Source: Bacteroidales bacterium | GTDB taxonomy: Bacteria > Bacteroidota > Bacteroidia > Bacteroidales > Muribaculaceae | Direction of reading: 5' to 3' | NCBI GenBank assembly: GCA_022009815.1 | Contig: CP091725.1 | Coordinates: 1,991,972 to 2,055,971, forward strand | DNA length: 64,000 bases | Shown: positions 44,689 to 56,200 of the stretch, in pieces | Layout of the letters: each line of letters starts with the position of its first letter | Position numbering within the stretch: the first letter of the stretch is position 1 | Position numbers and translations under genes: made by a program | Notes under the pieces: model-generated | Databases searched by the model: none | Seen by the model: only the letters and a program-made list of their open reading frames with translations | What the model was told of the DNA's origin: nothing

Positions 44689-46612
44689 ATGAATATTATA
44701 AATTTAGGAATTCTTGCTCACATTGATGCAGGAAAAACTTCCGTAACCGAGAATCTGCTGTTTGCCAGTGGAGCAACGGAAAAGTGCGGCCGTGTGGATA
44801 ATGGTGACACCATAACGGACTCTATGGATATAGAGAAACGTAGAGGAATTACTGTTCGGGCTTCTACGACATCTATTATCTGGAATGGAGTGAAATGCAA
44901 TATCATTGACACTCCGGGACACATGGATTTTATTGCGGAAGTGGAGCGGACATTCAAAATGCTTGATGGAGCAGTCCTCATCTTATCCGCAAAGGAAGGC
45001 ATACAAGCGCAGACAAAGTTGCTGTTCAATACTTTACAAAAGCTGCAAATCCCGACAATTATATTTATCAATAAGATTGACCGTGCCGGTGTGAATTTAG
45101 AGCGTTTGTATATGGATATAAAAACAAATCTGTCGCAAGATGTCCTGTTTATGCAAACTGTTGTCGATGGATCGGTTTATCCGGTTTGCTCCCAAACATA
45201 TATAAAGGAAGAATACAAAGAATTTGTATGCAACCATGACGACGATATATTAGAACGATATTTGGCGGATAGCGAAATTTCACCGGCTGATTATTGGAAT
45301 ACGATAATCGCTCTTGTGGCAAAAGCCAAAGTCTATCCGGTGCTACATGGATCAGCAATGTTCAATATCGGTATCAATGAGTTGTTGGACGCCATTTCTT
45401 CTTTTATACTTCCTCCGGCATCAGTCTCAAACAGACTTTCAGCTTATCTCTATAAGATAGAGCATGACCCAAAGGGCATAAAAGAAGTTTTCTTAAAATA
45501 ATTGACGGAAGTCTGAGACTTCGAGACGTTGTAAGAATCAACGATTCGGAAAAATTCATCAAGATTAAAAATCTAAAGACTATTTATCAGGGCAGAGAGA
45601 TAAATGTTGATGAAGTGGGTGCCAATGATATCGCGATTGTAGAAGATATAGAAGATTTTCGAATCGGAGATTATTTAGGTGCTAAACCTTGTTTGATTCA
45701 AGGATTATCTCATCAGCATCCCGCTCTCAAATCCTCCGTCCGGCCAAATAAGCCCGAAGAGAGAAGCAAGGTGATATCCGCTCTGAATACATTGTGGATT
45801 GAAGACCCGTCTTTGTCCTTTTCCATAAACTCATATAGTGATGAATTGGAAATCTCGTTATATGGTTTGACCCAAAAGGAAATCATACAGACATTGCTGG
45901 AAGAACGATTTTCCGTAAAGGTCCATTTTGATGAGATCAAGACTATCTACAAAGAACGACCTATAAAAAAGGTCAATAAGATTATTCAGATCGAAGTACC
46001 ACCCAACCCTTACTGGGCCACAATAGGGCTGACTCTTGAACCCTTACCGTTAGGGGCAGGGTTGCAAATCGAAAGTGACATCTCCTATGGTTATCTGAAC
46101 CATTCTTTTCAAAATGCCGTTTTTGAAGGGATTCGTATGTCTTGCCAATCTGGTTTACATGGATGGGAAGTGACAGATCTGAAAGTAACTTTTACTCAAG
46201 CCGAGTATTATAGCCCGGTAAGTACACCTGCTGATTTCAGACAGCTGACCCCTTATGTCTTCAGGCTGGCTTTGCAACAGTCAGGTGTGGACATTCTCGA
46301 ACCGATGCTCTGTTTGAGTTGCAGATACCCCAAGTAGCGAGTTCCAAAGCTATTACAGATTTGCAAAAACTGATGTCTGAGATTGAAGACATCAGTTGTA
46401 ATAATGAGTGGTGTCATATTAAAGGGAAAGTTCCATTAAATACAAGTAAAGACTATGCCTCAGAAGTAAGTTCGTACACTAAGGGCTTAGGCATTTTTAT
46501 GGTTAAGCCATGTGGGTATCAAATAACAAAAGACGGTTATTCTGATAATATCCGCATGAACGAAAAAGATAAACTTTTATTCATGTTCCAAAAATCAATG
46601 TCATTAAAATAA
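44689..46612 (+). CDS. tetQ: tetracycline-resistance ribosomal protection protein TetQ, two apparent 1-nt deletions
   Basis: Starts [25 protein letters not shown], with DTPGHMDF and NKIDR GTPase motifs. The three listed ORFs join if a C is added at about 45477 ([18 protein letters not shown]) and a T is added to the T3 run at 46313-46315 (MLCF/ELQIPQ). The total length then equals 641 codons. Confidence 0.95.
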
Positions 46613-48884
46613 TGGAGCGGTCAGGAAATTTCTATAAGGCAATACGGTTGGGATATATACTTATCTCCATTCTTATCGGATGTATGGCATATAATAGCCT
46701 CTATGAATGGCAGGAGATAGAAGCATTAGAACTTGGCAATAAAAAAATAGACGAGCTCCGAAAAGAAATAAACAATATCAATATTCAAATGATAAAATTT
46801 TCTCTATTGGGTGAAACAATACTGGAATGGAACGATAAAGATATCGAGCATTACCATGCACGGCGTATGGCAATGGACAGTATGCTCTGCCGTTTCAAGG
46901 CCACCTATCCAGCAGAGCGCATCGATAGTGTGCGCAGTCTTTTAGAGGATAAGGAACGACAGATGTTCCAGATAGTCCGGTTAATGGATGAACAACAATC
47001 TATTAACAAGAAGATAGCCAATCAAATTCCGGTTATTGTACAGAAAAGTGTGCAGGAACAGTCCAAAAAGCCAAAACGAAAAGGTTTCTTAGGCATATTC
47101 GGCAAAAAAAAGGAAGTAACTCCAGCAGTATCAACCACTATCCTTCATTCGGTCAATAGAAACGTAATCAGCGAACAGAAAGTGCAGGATCGCCAATTGT
47201 CGGAACAAGCCGACAGCCTTGCAGCTCGTAATGCAGAACTTAACAGACAACTGCAAGAATTGATTTGCCAAATAGAAGAAAGGTACAAACCGAACTGCAA
47301 AGCCGGGAAAACGAAATAGTTGCCATGCGTGAAAAGTCATTTATGCAAGTAGGCGGTTTAATGGGATTCGTTCTTCTATTGTTGTTAATTTCCTACATCA
47401 TCATACATCGTGATGCAAAAAGCATTAAACAATACAAGCACAAGACAACTGATTTGATAAGGCAACTGGAACAATCCGTACAACGGAACGAGGCACTGAT
47501 AACGTCAAGGAAGAAGGCGGTACATACTATCACCCATGAACTGCGCACACCGCTGACAGCAATAACAGGCTATGCCGGACTGATACGGAAAGAACAGTGT
47601 GAGGATAAGTCCGGGCAGTATATCCAAAACATACTGCAATCCTCCGACCGTATGCGGGATATGCTTAACACTTTGCTTGACTTCTTCCGCCTGGACAACG
47701 GCAAGGAACAGCCCCGTCTGTCACCCTGCCGGATTTCAGCAATCACGCACACACTTGAAACGGAGTTCATGCCTGTTGCCGTGAACAAAGGGCTGTCCTT
47801 GTCCGTGAAGACTGGACACGATGCCATTGTATTGACCGACAAAGAGCGAATAATACAAATCGGGAATAACCTGCTGTCAAACGCTGTCAAGTTCACAGAA
47901 GAAGGCGGTGTTTCTTTGATTACTGAATATGATAATGGAGTTCTGACACTGGTCGTTGAAGATACAGGTACAGGCATGACAGAAGAGGAACAGAAACAAG
48001 CGTTCGGTGCGTTTGAACGTCTATCAAATGCCGCCGCAAAGGAGGGTTTCGGGCTTGGGCTTGCCATAATGCGTAATATTGTGTCGATGCTTGGCGGAAC
48101 AATCCGTTTAGACAGCAAGAAAGGGAAAGGCAGTCGTTTCACAGTTGAAATTTCTATGCAGGAAGCTGAAGAACAGCTTGGATATACAAGCAATACACCT
48201 GTTTATCATAACAATAAATTCCATGATGTTGTCGCCATTGACAATGATGAGGTATTACTTCTGATGCTGAAAGAGATGTATTCCCAAGAAGGAATACACT
48301 GCGACACTTGCACCGATGCTGCGGCACTGATGGAAATGATACGCCAGAAAGAATACAGCCTGTTGCTGACAGACTTGAATATGCCCGATATAAACGGTTT
48401 CGAATTGCTGGAACTGTTGCGTTCGTCCAACGTGGGCAATTCACCAACAATCCCGGTGGTTGTGGCAACCGCTTCGGGCAGTTGTAACAAAGGGGAACTA
48501 TTGGCAAAAGGCTTTGCCGGATGCCTGTTCAAACCGTTCTCCATATCGGAACTGATGGAGGTTTCCGACAGGTGTGCCATAAAAGCGACACCGGACGGGA
48601 AACCGGACTTTTCCGCCTTATTGTCCTATGGCAATGAAGCCGTCATGCTGGAAAAGTTGATAACTGAAACAGAAAAGGAAATGCAGGCGGTACGGGATGC
48701 AGCAAAAGAAAAAGACCTGCAAAAGCTGGATTCCCTGATCCACCACCTGCGCAGTTCGTGGGAGGTGCTCCGTGCCGACCAACCGCTGAATGTACTTTAC
48801 GGATTGCTTCGTGGCGATGCTCTCCCGGATGGTGAAGCGTTAAGCCATGCCGTGACTGCCGTGCTGGATAGGGAGTGGAAATAA
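46612..48884 (+). CDS. rteA: hybrid sensor histidine kinase RteA, one apparent frameshift at the A3 run 47279-47281
   Basis: The ATG overlaps the tetQ stop (TAATG). The H-box is HTITHELRTPLTAITGYA, followed by an HATPase domain, a receiver domain (LLLTDLNMPDINGFELL) and an HPt-like tail. Confidence 0.9.
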
Positions 48885-48920
48885 TACGGTTGGCAGAAGA
48901 GGAAAGGAGAAAATACGAAG

Positions 48921-50243
48921 ATGAATAAGACAAAAATAATTGTGGTGGAAGACAACATCGTGTATTGCGAATATGTCTGCAATATGCTGTCACGGGAGGG
49001 CTACCGCAATATGAAGGCTTACCACCTCTCAACCGCGAAGAAACATCTGCAACAGGCAACAGATAATGATATCGTGGTTGCCGACCTGCGTCTGCCTGAC
49101 GGCAGTGGCATAGACCTTTTGTGCTGGATGCGAAAGGAGGGAAAGATGCAGCCCTTCATCATTATGACCGACTACGCCGAAGTTAATACCGCCGTGGAAA
49201 GCATGAAACTCGGCTCGATAGACTATATTCCCAAACAGCTTGTGGAGGATAAACTTGTCCCCCTGATCCGTTCCATACTGAAAGAACGTCAGGCAGGACA
49301 ACGCCGTATGCCTATATTCGCCCGTGAAGGTTCCGCCTTTCAGAAAATCATGCACCGCATAAGGCTGGTAGCCGCCACCGATATGAGCGTGATGATATTT
49401 GGTGAGAACGGCACGGGCAAGGAGCATATTGCCCACCTGTTGCATGACAAGAGCAAACGTGCAGGCAAGCCATTTGTGGCGGTGGACTGCGGTTCACTCT
49501 CCAAAGAGCTTGCACCGTCGGCTTTCTTCGGACACGTCAAAGGTGCATTTACAGGTGCGGACAATGCCAAGAAAGGATATTTCCATGAGGCGGAAGGCGG
49601 CACGTTGTTTCTGGACGAGGTAGGAAACCTCGCGTTGGAAACCCAACAGATGTTGCTCCGTGCCATACAGGAGAGGCGGTATCGCCCGGTCGGAGACAAG
49701 GCAGACCGGAATTTCAATGTCCGCATCATCGCTGCTACCAATGAAGATTTGGAGGTATCGGTGAATGAAAAGCGTTTTCGGCAGGATCTTCTGTACCGCC
49801 TGCACGACTTCGGGATAACCGTTCCTCCGTTGCGTGACTGTCAAGAAGACATTATGCCGCTGGCAGAGTTCTTCCGTGATATGGCAAACAGAGAGCTGGA
49901 GTGTAGCGTGAGCGGGTTCAGTTCCGAAGCACGTAAAGCGTTGCTGACACACGCATGGCCGGGCAACGTGCGGGAACTTCGGCAGAAAGTTATGGGTGCT
50001 GTATTGCAGGCGCAGGAAGGTGTTGTCATGAAAGAGCATCTGGAACTTGCCGTGACGAAACCGACCTCTACTGTCAGCTTCGCCTTGCGCAATGACGCGG
50101 AGGATAAGGAGCGGATATTGCGTGCGTTGAAACAGGCAAACGGCAACCGGAGTGTCGCCGCAGAACTGCTCGGCATAGGCAGGACAACACTATACAGCAA
50201 ACTTGAAGAGTATGGACTTAAATATAAATTCAAGCAATCATAG
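48921..50243 (+). CDS. rteB: NtrC-type response regulator RteB (receiver + AAA+ + Fis-type HTH)
   Basis: The receiver region is IVVADLRLPDGSG. The AAA+ domain has GENGTGKE and GGTLFLDEVG. The C-terminal HTH is NRSVAAELLGIGRTTLYSKL. Confidence 0.92.
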   Translation: MNKTKIIVVEDNIVYCEYVCNMLSREGYRNMKAYHLSTAKKHLQQATDNDIVVADLRLPDGSGIDLLCWMRKEGKMQPFIIMTDYAEVNTAVESMKLGSIDYIPKQLVEDKLVPLIRSILKERQAGQRRMPIFAREGSAFQKIMHRIRLVAATDMSVMIFGENGTGKEHIAHLLHDKSKRAGKPFVAVDCGSLSKELAPSAFFGHVKGAFTGADNAKKGYFHEAEGGTLFLDEVGNLALETQQMLLRAIQERRYRPVGDKADRNFNVRIIAATNEDLEVSVNEKRFRQDLLYRLHDFGITVPPLRDCQEDIMPLAEFFRDMANRELECSVSGFSSEARKALLTHAWPGNVRELRQKVMGAVLQAQEGVVMKEHLELAVTKPTSTVSFALRNDAEDKERILRALKQANGNRSVAAELLGIGRTTLYSKLEEYGLKYKFKQS

Positions 50244-50266
50244 CCCGTAATTCACTGAATTTGGCT

Positions 50267-50493
50267 ATCTTTGCATAACATTTGAGAAACGGCGATTGGC
50301 AGGAGCTTTTCGCCGCCAACATATAGGATAAGACCGCAAGGCGTTTCAAGCGAAAATCTGGTAAATTGGAACTACGGAGACGATTGCGTGATGCTTATGC
50401 TATGCTTACGCATAGCGTGCATTCACGTACTCTCCGTAAAGGCTTTACCAGAGCCATCGCTTGAAGGTAGTGTGAATTGCACGCTACTTTTTT
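50267..50493 (+). ncRNA. candidate ~210-nt structured RNA or attenuator leader (promoter box, rod-like hairpin, intrinsic terminator)
   Basis: A TAtcTTTG box lies at 50267-50274. Positions 50345-50465 fold as five stacked helices: 50345-53/50457-65, 50358-65/50445-52, 50373-80/50431-38, 50387-94/50419-27 and 50397-405/50410-18. The terminator stem 50467-74/50480-87 is followed by T6 at 50488-50493, 27 nt before the next ATG. Confidence 0.45.
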
Positions 50494-50520
50494 ACCCTTG
50501 CCTAACGAAAGGAAACGATT

Positions 50521-50943
50521 ATGGGTAAAGTTCAGATTCTCGCCGTACTGACGATGGACGGATGTCTTTCTTCAGAGTTATATGATAAAGCACATCAGGA
50601 TTTGTGCCTTGACCGTTGCGGTCTTGATGAAATCAGGAAGAAAGCCTTTTACCGTGTGACACCGGACTATTCCATTTCAATGCTGCACGAATGGAGAAAA
50701 GACTGCACAAACATCCGTTACCTCGCGGAAGCCACACCGGACACGGCAGACTATATAAACGGACTGCTGCGGATGCACGCTGTGGATGAAATCATACTAT
50801 ACACCGTTCCTTTCATATCCGGAAGCGGACGACATTTTTTTAAGTCGGCTCTGCCAGAGCAACACTGGACGCTTTCCTCTTTGAAAAGCTATCCCAACGG
50901 TGTATGTCGCATTATCTATATCCTTGATAAAAAAGCAAGATAG
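50521..50943 (+). CDS. short dihydrofolate-reductase-like (RibD_C fold) family protein, divergent
   Basis: 140 aa. The pattern ILAVLTMDGCLS ... VDEIILYTVPFISGSGRHFF ... W.L.S.K.YPNGV resembles RibD C-terminal/DHFR-like proteins, from memory. Function unknown. Confidence 0.5.
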   Translation: MGKVQILAVLTMDGCLSSELYDKAHQDLCLDRCGLDEIRKKAFYRVTPDYSISMLHEWRKDCTNIRYLAEATPDTADYINGLLRMHAVDEIILYTVPFISGSGRHFFKSALPEQHWTLSSLKSYPNGVCRIIYILDKKAR

Positions 50944-51063
50944 CCAAAATGTGCGGCAAGCATACATTTCTATTTTCAGGAATAGAATAAATGTTCCGAT
51001 TACAAACAATTTAAGTCGGAGATAATTTGTCCTTGTGAAAAAATACTGAATTTTATACCTCTG

Positions 51064-51106
51064 AAATCCAGCACTTTGTAAAATTGAGTGTTGGATTTTT
51101 TATTTT
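51064..51106 (+). terminator. intrinsic terminator after the DHFR-like ORF
   Basis: A 12-bp stem pairs aaatccagcact with agtgttggattt (one G-U pair). The sequence tttttatttt follows. Confidence 0.7.
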
Positions 51107-51181
51107 CTGCCGCGTTTTTTGCCAATTATATTCATGTGCGCACGCAGAAAACAAAGTGTAATTTTCAAAATTGACAGAACC

Positions 51182-51787
51182 ATGAATTATTTCTTGCTGG
51201 CGGAAACCGACTTTTTCCGCCTGATAAACGAAGCCGGCGACTGCAATATGGAAACGGCATACACGGCTTTCGCCACCCAAGTGATCGAACTGTGCAACGG
51301 CGGCATGGACATGAACCTTACCGTCATCGCGCTTGCCTACATCGAAATCGAGTTGCAGCACCATCCCGTACGTAATCTGTCAGAAGAAAAAAGAGAGATT
51401 GCCGCCTACGTCAGCAAGGCTCTGTCTTTCGTAAGAAAGATGCAGAAATTCCTTGCCACGCCCCAAGTGCCACCACTAATATCCGCCAACAACGCAACAG
51501 AAACCACCGCCAGCCTTCTTCAATGGACGGGCAATGCCATCGACCTCGTGGAACTTATCTACGGCATAGACGTGATGGGCTGCATCAACAACGGCAATAT
51601 GCCGCTCAAACAGCTCGCCCCACTTCTCTATAAGATATTCGGGGTTGATTCTAAAGACTGCTACCGCTTCTACACTGATATCAAACGCCGGAAGAACGAA
51701 AGCCGCACCTATTTCATTGACAGGATGCAGGAAAAACTGAACGAGAGAATGTTGCGTGATGAGGAGTTGGAGCGGATGAGAAAATAA
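51182..51787 (+). CDS. rteC: RteC regulatory protein
   Basis: 201 aa from MNYFLLAETDFFRLINE. Its position downstream of rteB and the tail CYRFYTDIKRRKNESRTYFIDRMQEKLNERM fit the RteC family. Confidence 0.82.
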   Translation: MNYFLLAETDFFRLINEAGDCNMETAYTAFATQVIELCNGGMDMNLTVIALAYIEIELQHHPVRNLSEEKREIAAYVSKALSFVRKMQKFLATPQVPPLISANNATETTASLLQWTGNAIDLVELIYGIDVMGCINNGNMPLKQLAPLLYKIFGVDSKDCYRFYTDIKRRKNESRTYFIDRMQEKLNERMLRDEELERMRK

Positions 51788-51809
51788 AAAAATATCCATT
51801 ACATATGAG

Positions 51810-51845
51810 AAGACAGGAATACTCGTATCCTGTCTTTTTATTTTC
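51810..51845 (+). terminator. intrinsic terminator after rteC
   Basis: A 9-bp stem pairs aagacagga with tcctgtctt. The sequence tttttatttt follows. Confidence 0.75.
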
Positions 51846-51999
51846 ATTTAATTATATATTAATTAGCACAATATATGTGAGTTTTTCATTCCTATAAGGA
51901 CAAATTTCAGAAACGTATGTCTGGTAAATTATTGAGTCATCATAGTATGAACATATATCATTACTAAAAACAATGAAACAACTTCCATAAGATTGTGGT

Positions 52000-52070
52000 T
52001 GTAAAAATCGCCATTTAATAGCCCGTTTTTTTTGTAAAATTCGCCAATTAAAAAAATATGATTATCTTTG
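52000..52070 (+). promoter_or_regulatory. promoter of the AAA/KAP cargo operon with two 19-bp direct repeats
   Basis: tgtaaaaatcgccatttaa (52000-52018) and tgtaaaattcgccaattaa (52033-52051) are spaced 33 bp apart. They lie directly upstream of the TAtcTTTG box at 52063-52070. The ATG is at 52089. Confidence 0.4.
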
Positions 52071-52088
52071 CATTATATTTTATAAGGT

Positions 52089-53219
52089 ATGGAAACAGTA
52101 AATAGAATACTTCAAGAGAAGATTACAGCACGAATCGCGCCCAATAAAGCAGTACTGATTTTTGGTGCTCGCCGTGTTGGTAAAACGGTAATGATGCGTA
52201 AAATTGTGGACAACTATTCAGGTAGGACGATGATGCTCAACGGCGAAGACTACGACACATTAGCACTATTGGAGAATCGCTCAATAGCCAATTATCGGCA
52301 TTTATTGGATGGTATTGATTTGCTGGCTATTGATGAGGCACAGAACATACCACAAATCGGTAGTATTCTGAAGTTGATAGTTGATGAAATACCGGGAATA
52401 AGTGTCTTGGCAAGTGGTTCTTCGTCATTCGATTTGCTGAATAAGACTGGTGAACCGTTGGTCGGCCGCAGTACGCAATTTCTCCTTACACCATTCTCGC
52501 AACGGGAAATCGCACAGACGGAAACGGCACTTGAAACCCGCCAGAACCTCGAAGCGCGCTTGATTTACGGTTCCTATCCCGAAGTAGTAATGATGGAGAA
52601 CTATGAACGTAAAACAGACTACCTACGTGATATTGTCGGTGCATACCTGCTTAAAGATATCTTAGCAATTGACGGCTTAAAAAATTCGAGCAAGATGCGC
52701 GATCTACTGCGATTGATAGCTTTTCAGTTGGGCAGCGAAGTTTCTTACGAAGAGTTAGGTAAACAACTCGGCATGAGCAAGACGACCGTTGAAAAATACC
52801 TCGACCTATTGGAAAAGGTCTTCGTTATCTATCGTCTGGGGGCTTATTCGCGTAACCTACGCAAGGAGGTTACAAAAGCTGGCAAGTGGTACTTCTACGA
52901 CAACGGCATTCGCAATGCCATTATCGGGGCTTTCTCACCGCTGGCCATTCGGCAGGATGTCGGTGCGCTGTGGGAGAACTACATCATCGGAGAGCGGCGC
53001 AAAGCGAACTTCAATGAGGGACTGCACAGGGAGTTCTATTTCTGGCGCACCTACGACAAACAGGAAATCGACCTGATTGAGGAGAGTGCCGACAGTCTTA
53101 CCGCCTTGGAGTTCAAGTGGGGAAATAAAATGCCGGCCGCACCGAAAGCCTTCCAAGAAGCCTATCCCTATGCCGAGTTTCATGTGGTAAATCGGGAGAA
53201 TTATTTGGAGTTCGTATAA
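52089..53219 (+). CDS. AAA-type ATPase with C-terminal DUF4143-like domain
   Basis: 376 aa. Walker A is GARRVGKT and Walker B is LLAIDEAQ. The protein has the overall AAA_14 + DUF4143 layout. The gene is intact and AT-rich. Confidence 0.8.
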   Translation: METVNRILQEKITARIAPNKAVLIFGARRVGKTVMMRKIVDNYSGRTMMLNGEDYDTLALLENRSIANYRHLLDGIDLLAIDEAQNIPQIGSILKLIVDEIPGISVLASGSSSFDLLNKTGEPLVGRSTQFLLTPFSQREIAQTETALETRQNLEARLIYGSYPEVVMMENYERKTDYLRDIVGAYLLKDILAIDGLKNSSKMRDLLRLIAFQLGSEVSYEELGKQLGMSKTTVEKYLDLLEKVFVIYRLGAYSRNLRKEVTKAGKWYFYDNGIRNAIIGAFSPLAIRQDVGALWENYIIGERRKANFNEGLHREFYFWRTYDKQEIDLIEESADSLTALEFKWGNKMPAAPKAFQEAYPYAEFHVVNRENYLEFV

Positions 53220-53235
53220 TCAATAAATTACGTAT

Positions 53236-56200
53236 ATGGAAACAAAACTACAATCCAAACAGCAATATCCGCGGTTTATCCAAAATAAACCGTGTGGTAT
53301 TGACAAATTCGATGGAGGTTCGCAAGAAAGGTTGGCAAAAACTATTGCTCGCCATTTTTGTCAGAATGATTCATTGGATGAGGAATGTACTTTACCTCGA
53401 ATTATCGGCATCGAAGGTATTTGGGGATCTGGAAAATCCAACGTGGTTAAAATGTTGGAACGTGAATTATCAGACGACTATTACTTTTTTGAGTATGACG
53501 CATGGGGACATCAAGAGGACTTGCAACGCCGCTCTATATTGGAATTGCTTACAAGCAAACTTATTGATGATGGTATCCTATCTGGAAATGCAACAATAAA
53601 AGTCAAAGGTGGAGGTACGAAAACCGTATCATGGTCTGAAAAGCTGAAATATTTATTAGCCCGTAAAACGGAGACCGTAACCGAAAAATATCCCCTTATC
53701 AGTAATGGTATGGTTGCGGCATTTTTGGTTGCAGTTTTAACTCCGATATTTACATTTATTGCGTATGCAGTAAAACCTACACCCACAACATGGTGGTTTT
53801 CTTTATTGTCTATTATCATAGCTGCACTGCCAGTTCTTATTGCATTGTGCGTTTGGAAATGGGCATATAGCAAAGATCATAAATATGGATGGAGTTATAT
53901 GTTAGCTATTTATCAAGATAAAGTCGAAAAGGACGTTTGCTATGAGACTTTGAGCGAAGACGAACCAACGGTTTACGAGTTCAAAACATGGATGCAAGAC
54001 ATTTCTGATTTTATCAAGGAAAAAGGACAACGTAAATTAGTCCTTGTTTTTGACAACATGGATCGTCTCCCCGCTGAAAAAGTAAAAGAATTATGGTCTT
54101 CTATCCATACGTTCTTCGCCGATAGCGGTTTTGAAAATGTTTGGGCTGTTATTCCTTTCGATGAAACACATTTAGCTTGTGCATTCGGAGATGAGACCGA
54201 CGAACAAACGAAACAACTGACCAAGTATTTTATCAATAAAACTTTCCCTATTGTTTATCGTGTTGCTCCTCCTGTTATTACCGACTATCGAAGTATATTC
54301 AACAAACTGTTTGTTGAAGCATTTGGAGAAACAGAAAATGAAGCGAAAGAAACTATAAATCGGATATTCAGATTGGTAAATCCTAATGCCAATGTTAGGG
54401 AAATTATATCATATATCAATGAGATGGTCGCTCTTAAACAAGAGTGGTGTAACGAAATTTTGATGATAAACATAGCATTGTTCTGTTTGAAGAAGACGGA
54501 TATTCTGGCAAATCCAGTAGAACAAATATTGTCCGGCGACTATCTGAATGGCATTCAAACAATAATTAACAATGATCTGCAAACACAACGCGAAATTGCA
54601 GCTTTGGTATATGGTGTCGATGTTGAAGATGCTCGACAAATTCCATTGAAAAAATATATTGAAGGCTGCATCAACGGAGAAGAAGACCACGACATAAATC
54701 AATATGCAGAGACTAATAAACAATTTGACACTGTATTAGAAGAAGTTATACAATGTATGGACAATGCGCTTATCGATAAGATTATACATTGTTTGCATAA
54801 ATTAACTCGAAAGAGCGATGTTATTCTGCGTGTATGGCAAAGAATAGCACAATTGAAATTAAAAGAATCCATAGAGAAGCAGGTGTTCCCTGTCGAATAC
54901 CAAGAACTGCTGTTGCATTTAGACACGGAAAGCCAAAACCATGTGATTGCTCAATTATATAAGAAGATAGTTCGGTTCAATGACTTCAATGGCGGCGACT
55001 ATTTCAAAACGTTAGATGCAATAGACAGGTTTATTGCGCAAATAAGTTGGCGTGCGATTTTACGTCATTGATTGAAGCAAAAACAGTCAAGCCAAATACA
55101 TTTATCGATTATATTCAAGCTGCAAATGCAACAGATGCTGCCTATCGGGATAACGCGACAACTAAAGCATATAAATATTATCAAGTAGCAACAAATTCGG
55201 AGGCGCTCGATAATTATTTGGCAAACTTACTACCCGATAATTTCGACCATGCAGATATTGTAAAAACGTTAAAAGATAATTCTACCTATACGTTTCCAAC
55301 GCTTTTGCAAGCGATCACGAATTGCATTGATGAACAGAATGTAAATAAAGATAATATAGGGGCTATATTTACAACCTATCGTTTATTGGCATCTGACGAA
55401 GAAAGACCTTTACCTGTAACGTTAGATTCAACCTACATAAATCAGTTGCATTCTGAATTAGAAACTGATGGCCGAAACATTAAAGAGTCTGGATATTACG
55501 ATTTAGTCGCCATGCAATTGGCACATGGTCATTCCGTTTCCTTAATAGAGGGTGGAGATATAAAATATGTTGCAGAACTCATGGACTATTATGTGGATCA
55601 TGGAGACTTATTAGTAAATAGTGTGGGATGGAATATACCGCTATTAAATGAAACACTACAATACATGGTAAATCATAAACTTGGCTATAAATTATTGCTC
55701 TCAGACATATTGCCCCAATTTGAAGATATTAAGAACAGAATAGGTGTAACGGATGAGGTATTTATCGAGCATTTAGCAGAGTGGAATACCGATTTGGATA
55801 AGTATATCACTAAGAACAATATTAAAGATGTAATTCCTGACGCATCTTTTTACGATTTGACCACTAAAATAAGCAATGTCCTGACCGATCATATCAATAA
55901 AATAGCGTTCGAAGCGTTGTCTGAAATAAGTGTTGATACATTATACGCCCAAAGAACAGCACATACATCATATTATTGGTTTGTCGCAATAAAACATTTA
56001 CTGGCTAAAATCAAATCCTTGCCAGATAACTTGACTGAATTTGGCAAAAAGATTCTGATGGATATTGCTTCTGGAACTCAAAGTTTGAATCCTTTCCCTA
56101 ATTGTTTCAAGAATATAGTTGAAAGATTGGATAAACGAAAAATTAAATCGACAGTTACCGATATAAGAAATGATTTCTGCATCGGTAAAAAGACTATCAA

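Noticed and set aside
44689-46612. tetQ (and int, mobB, guaA and others) as genuine pseudogenes, meaning a dead ICE and an auxotrophic host.
   Set aside because: Every break is a 1-nt homopolymer indel, housekeeping genes are hit at the same rate, and no nonsense or large-deletion lesions are seen. Sequencing or consensus error is the simpler explanation.
50521-50943. The DHFR-like ORF as a trimethoprim-resistance dfr gene.
   Set aside because: At 140 aa it has only fold-level resemblance, and I cannot identify the conserved DHFR catalytic or NADPH motifs. No evidence supports a resistance call.
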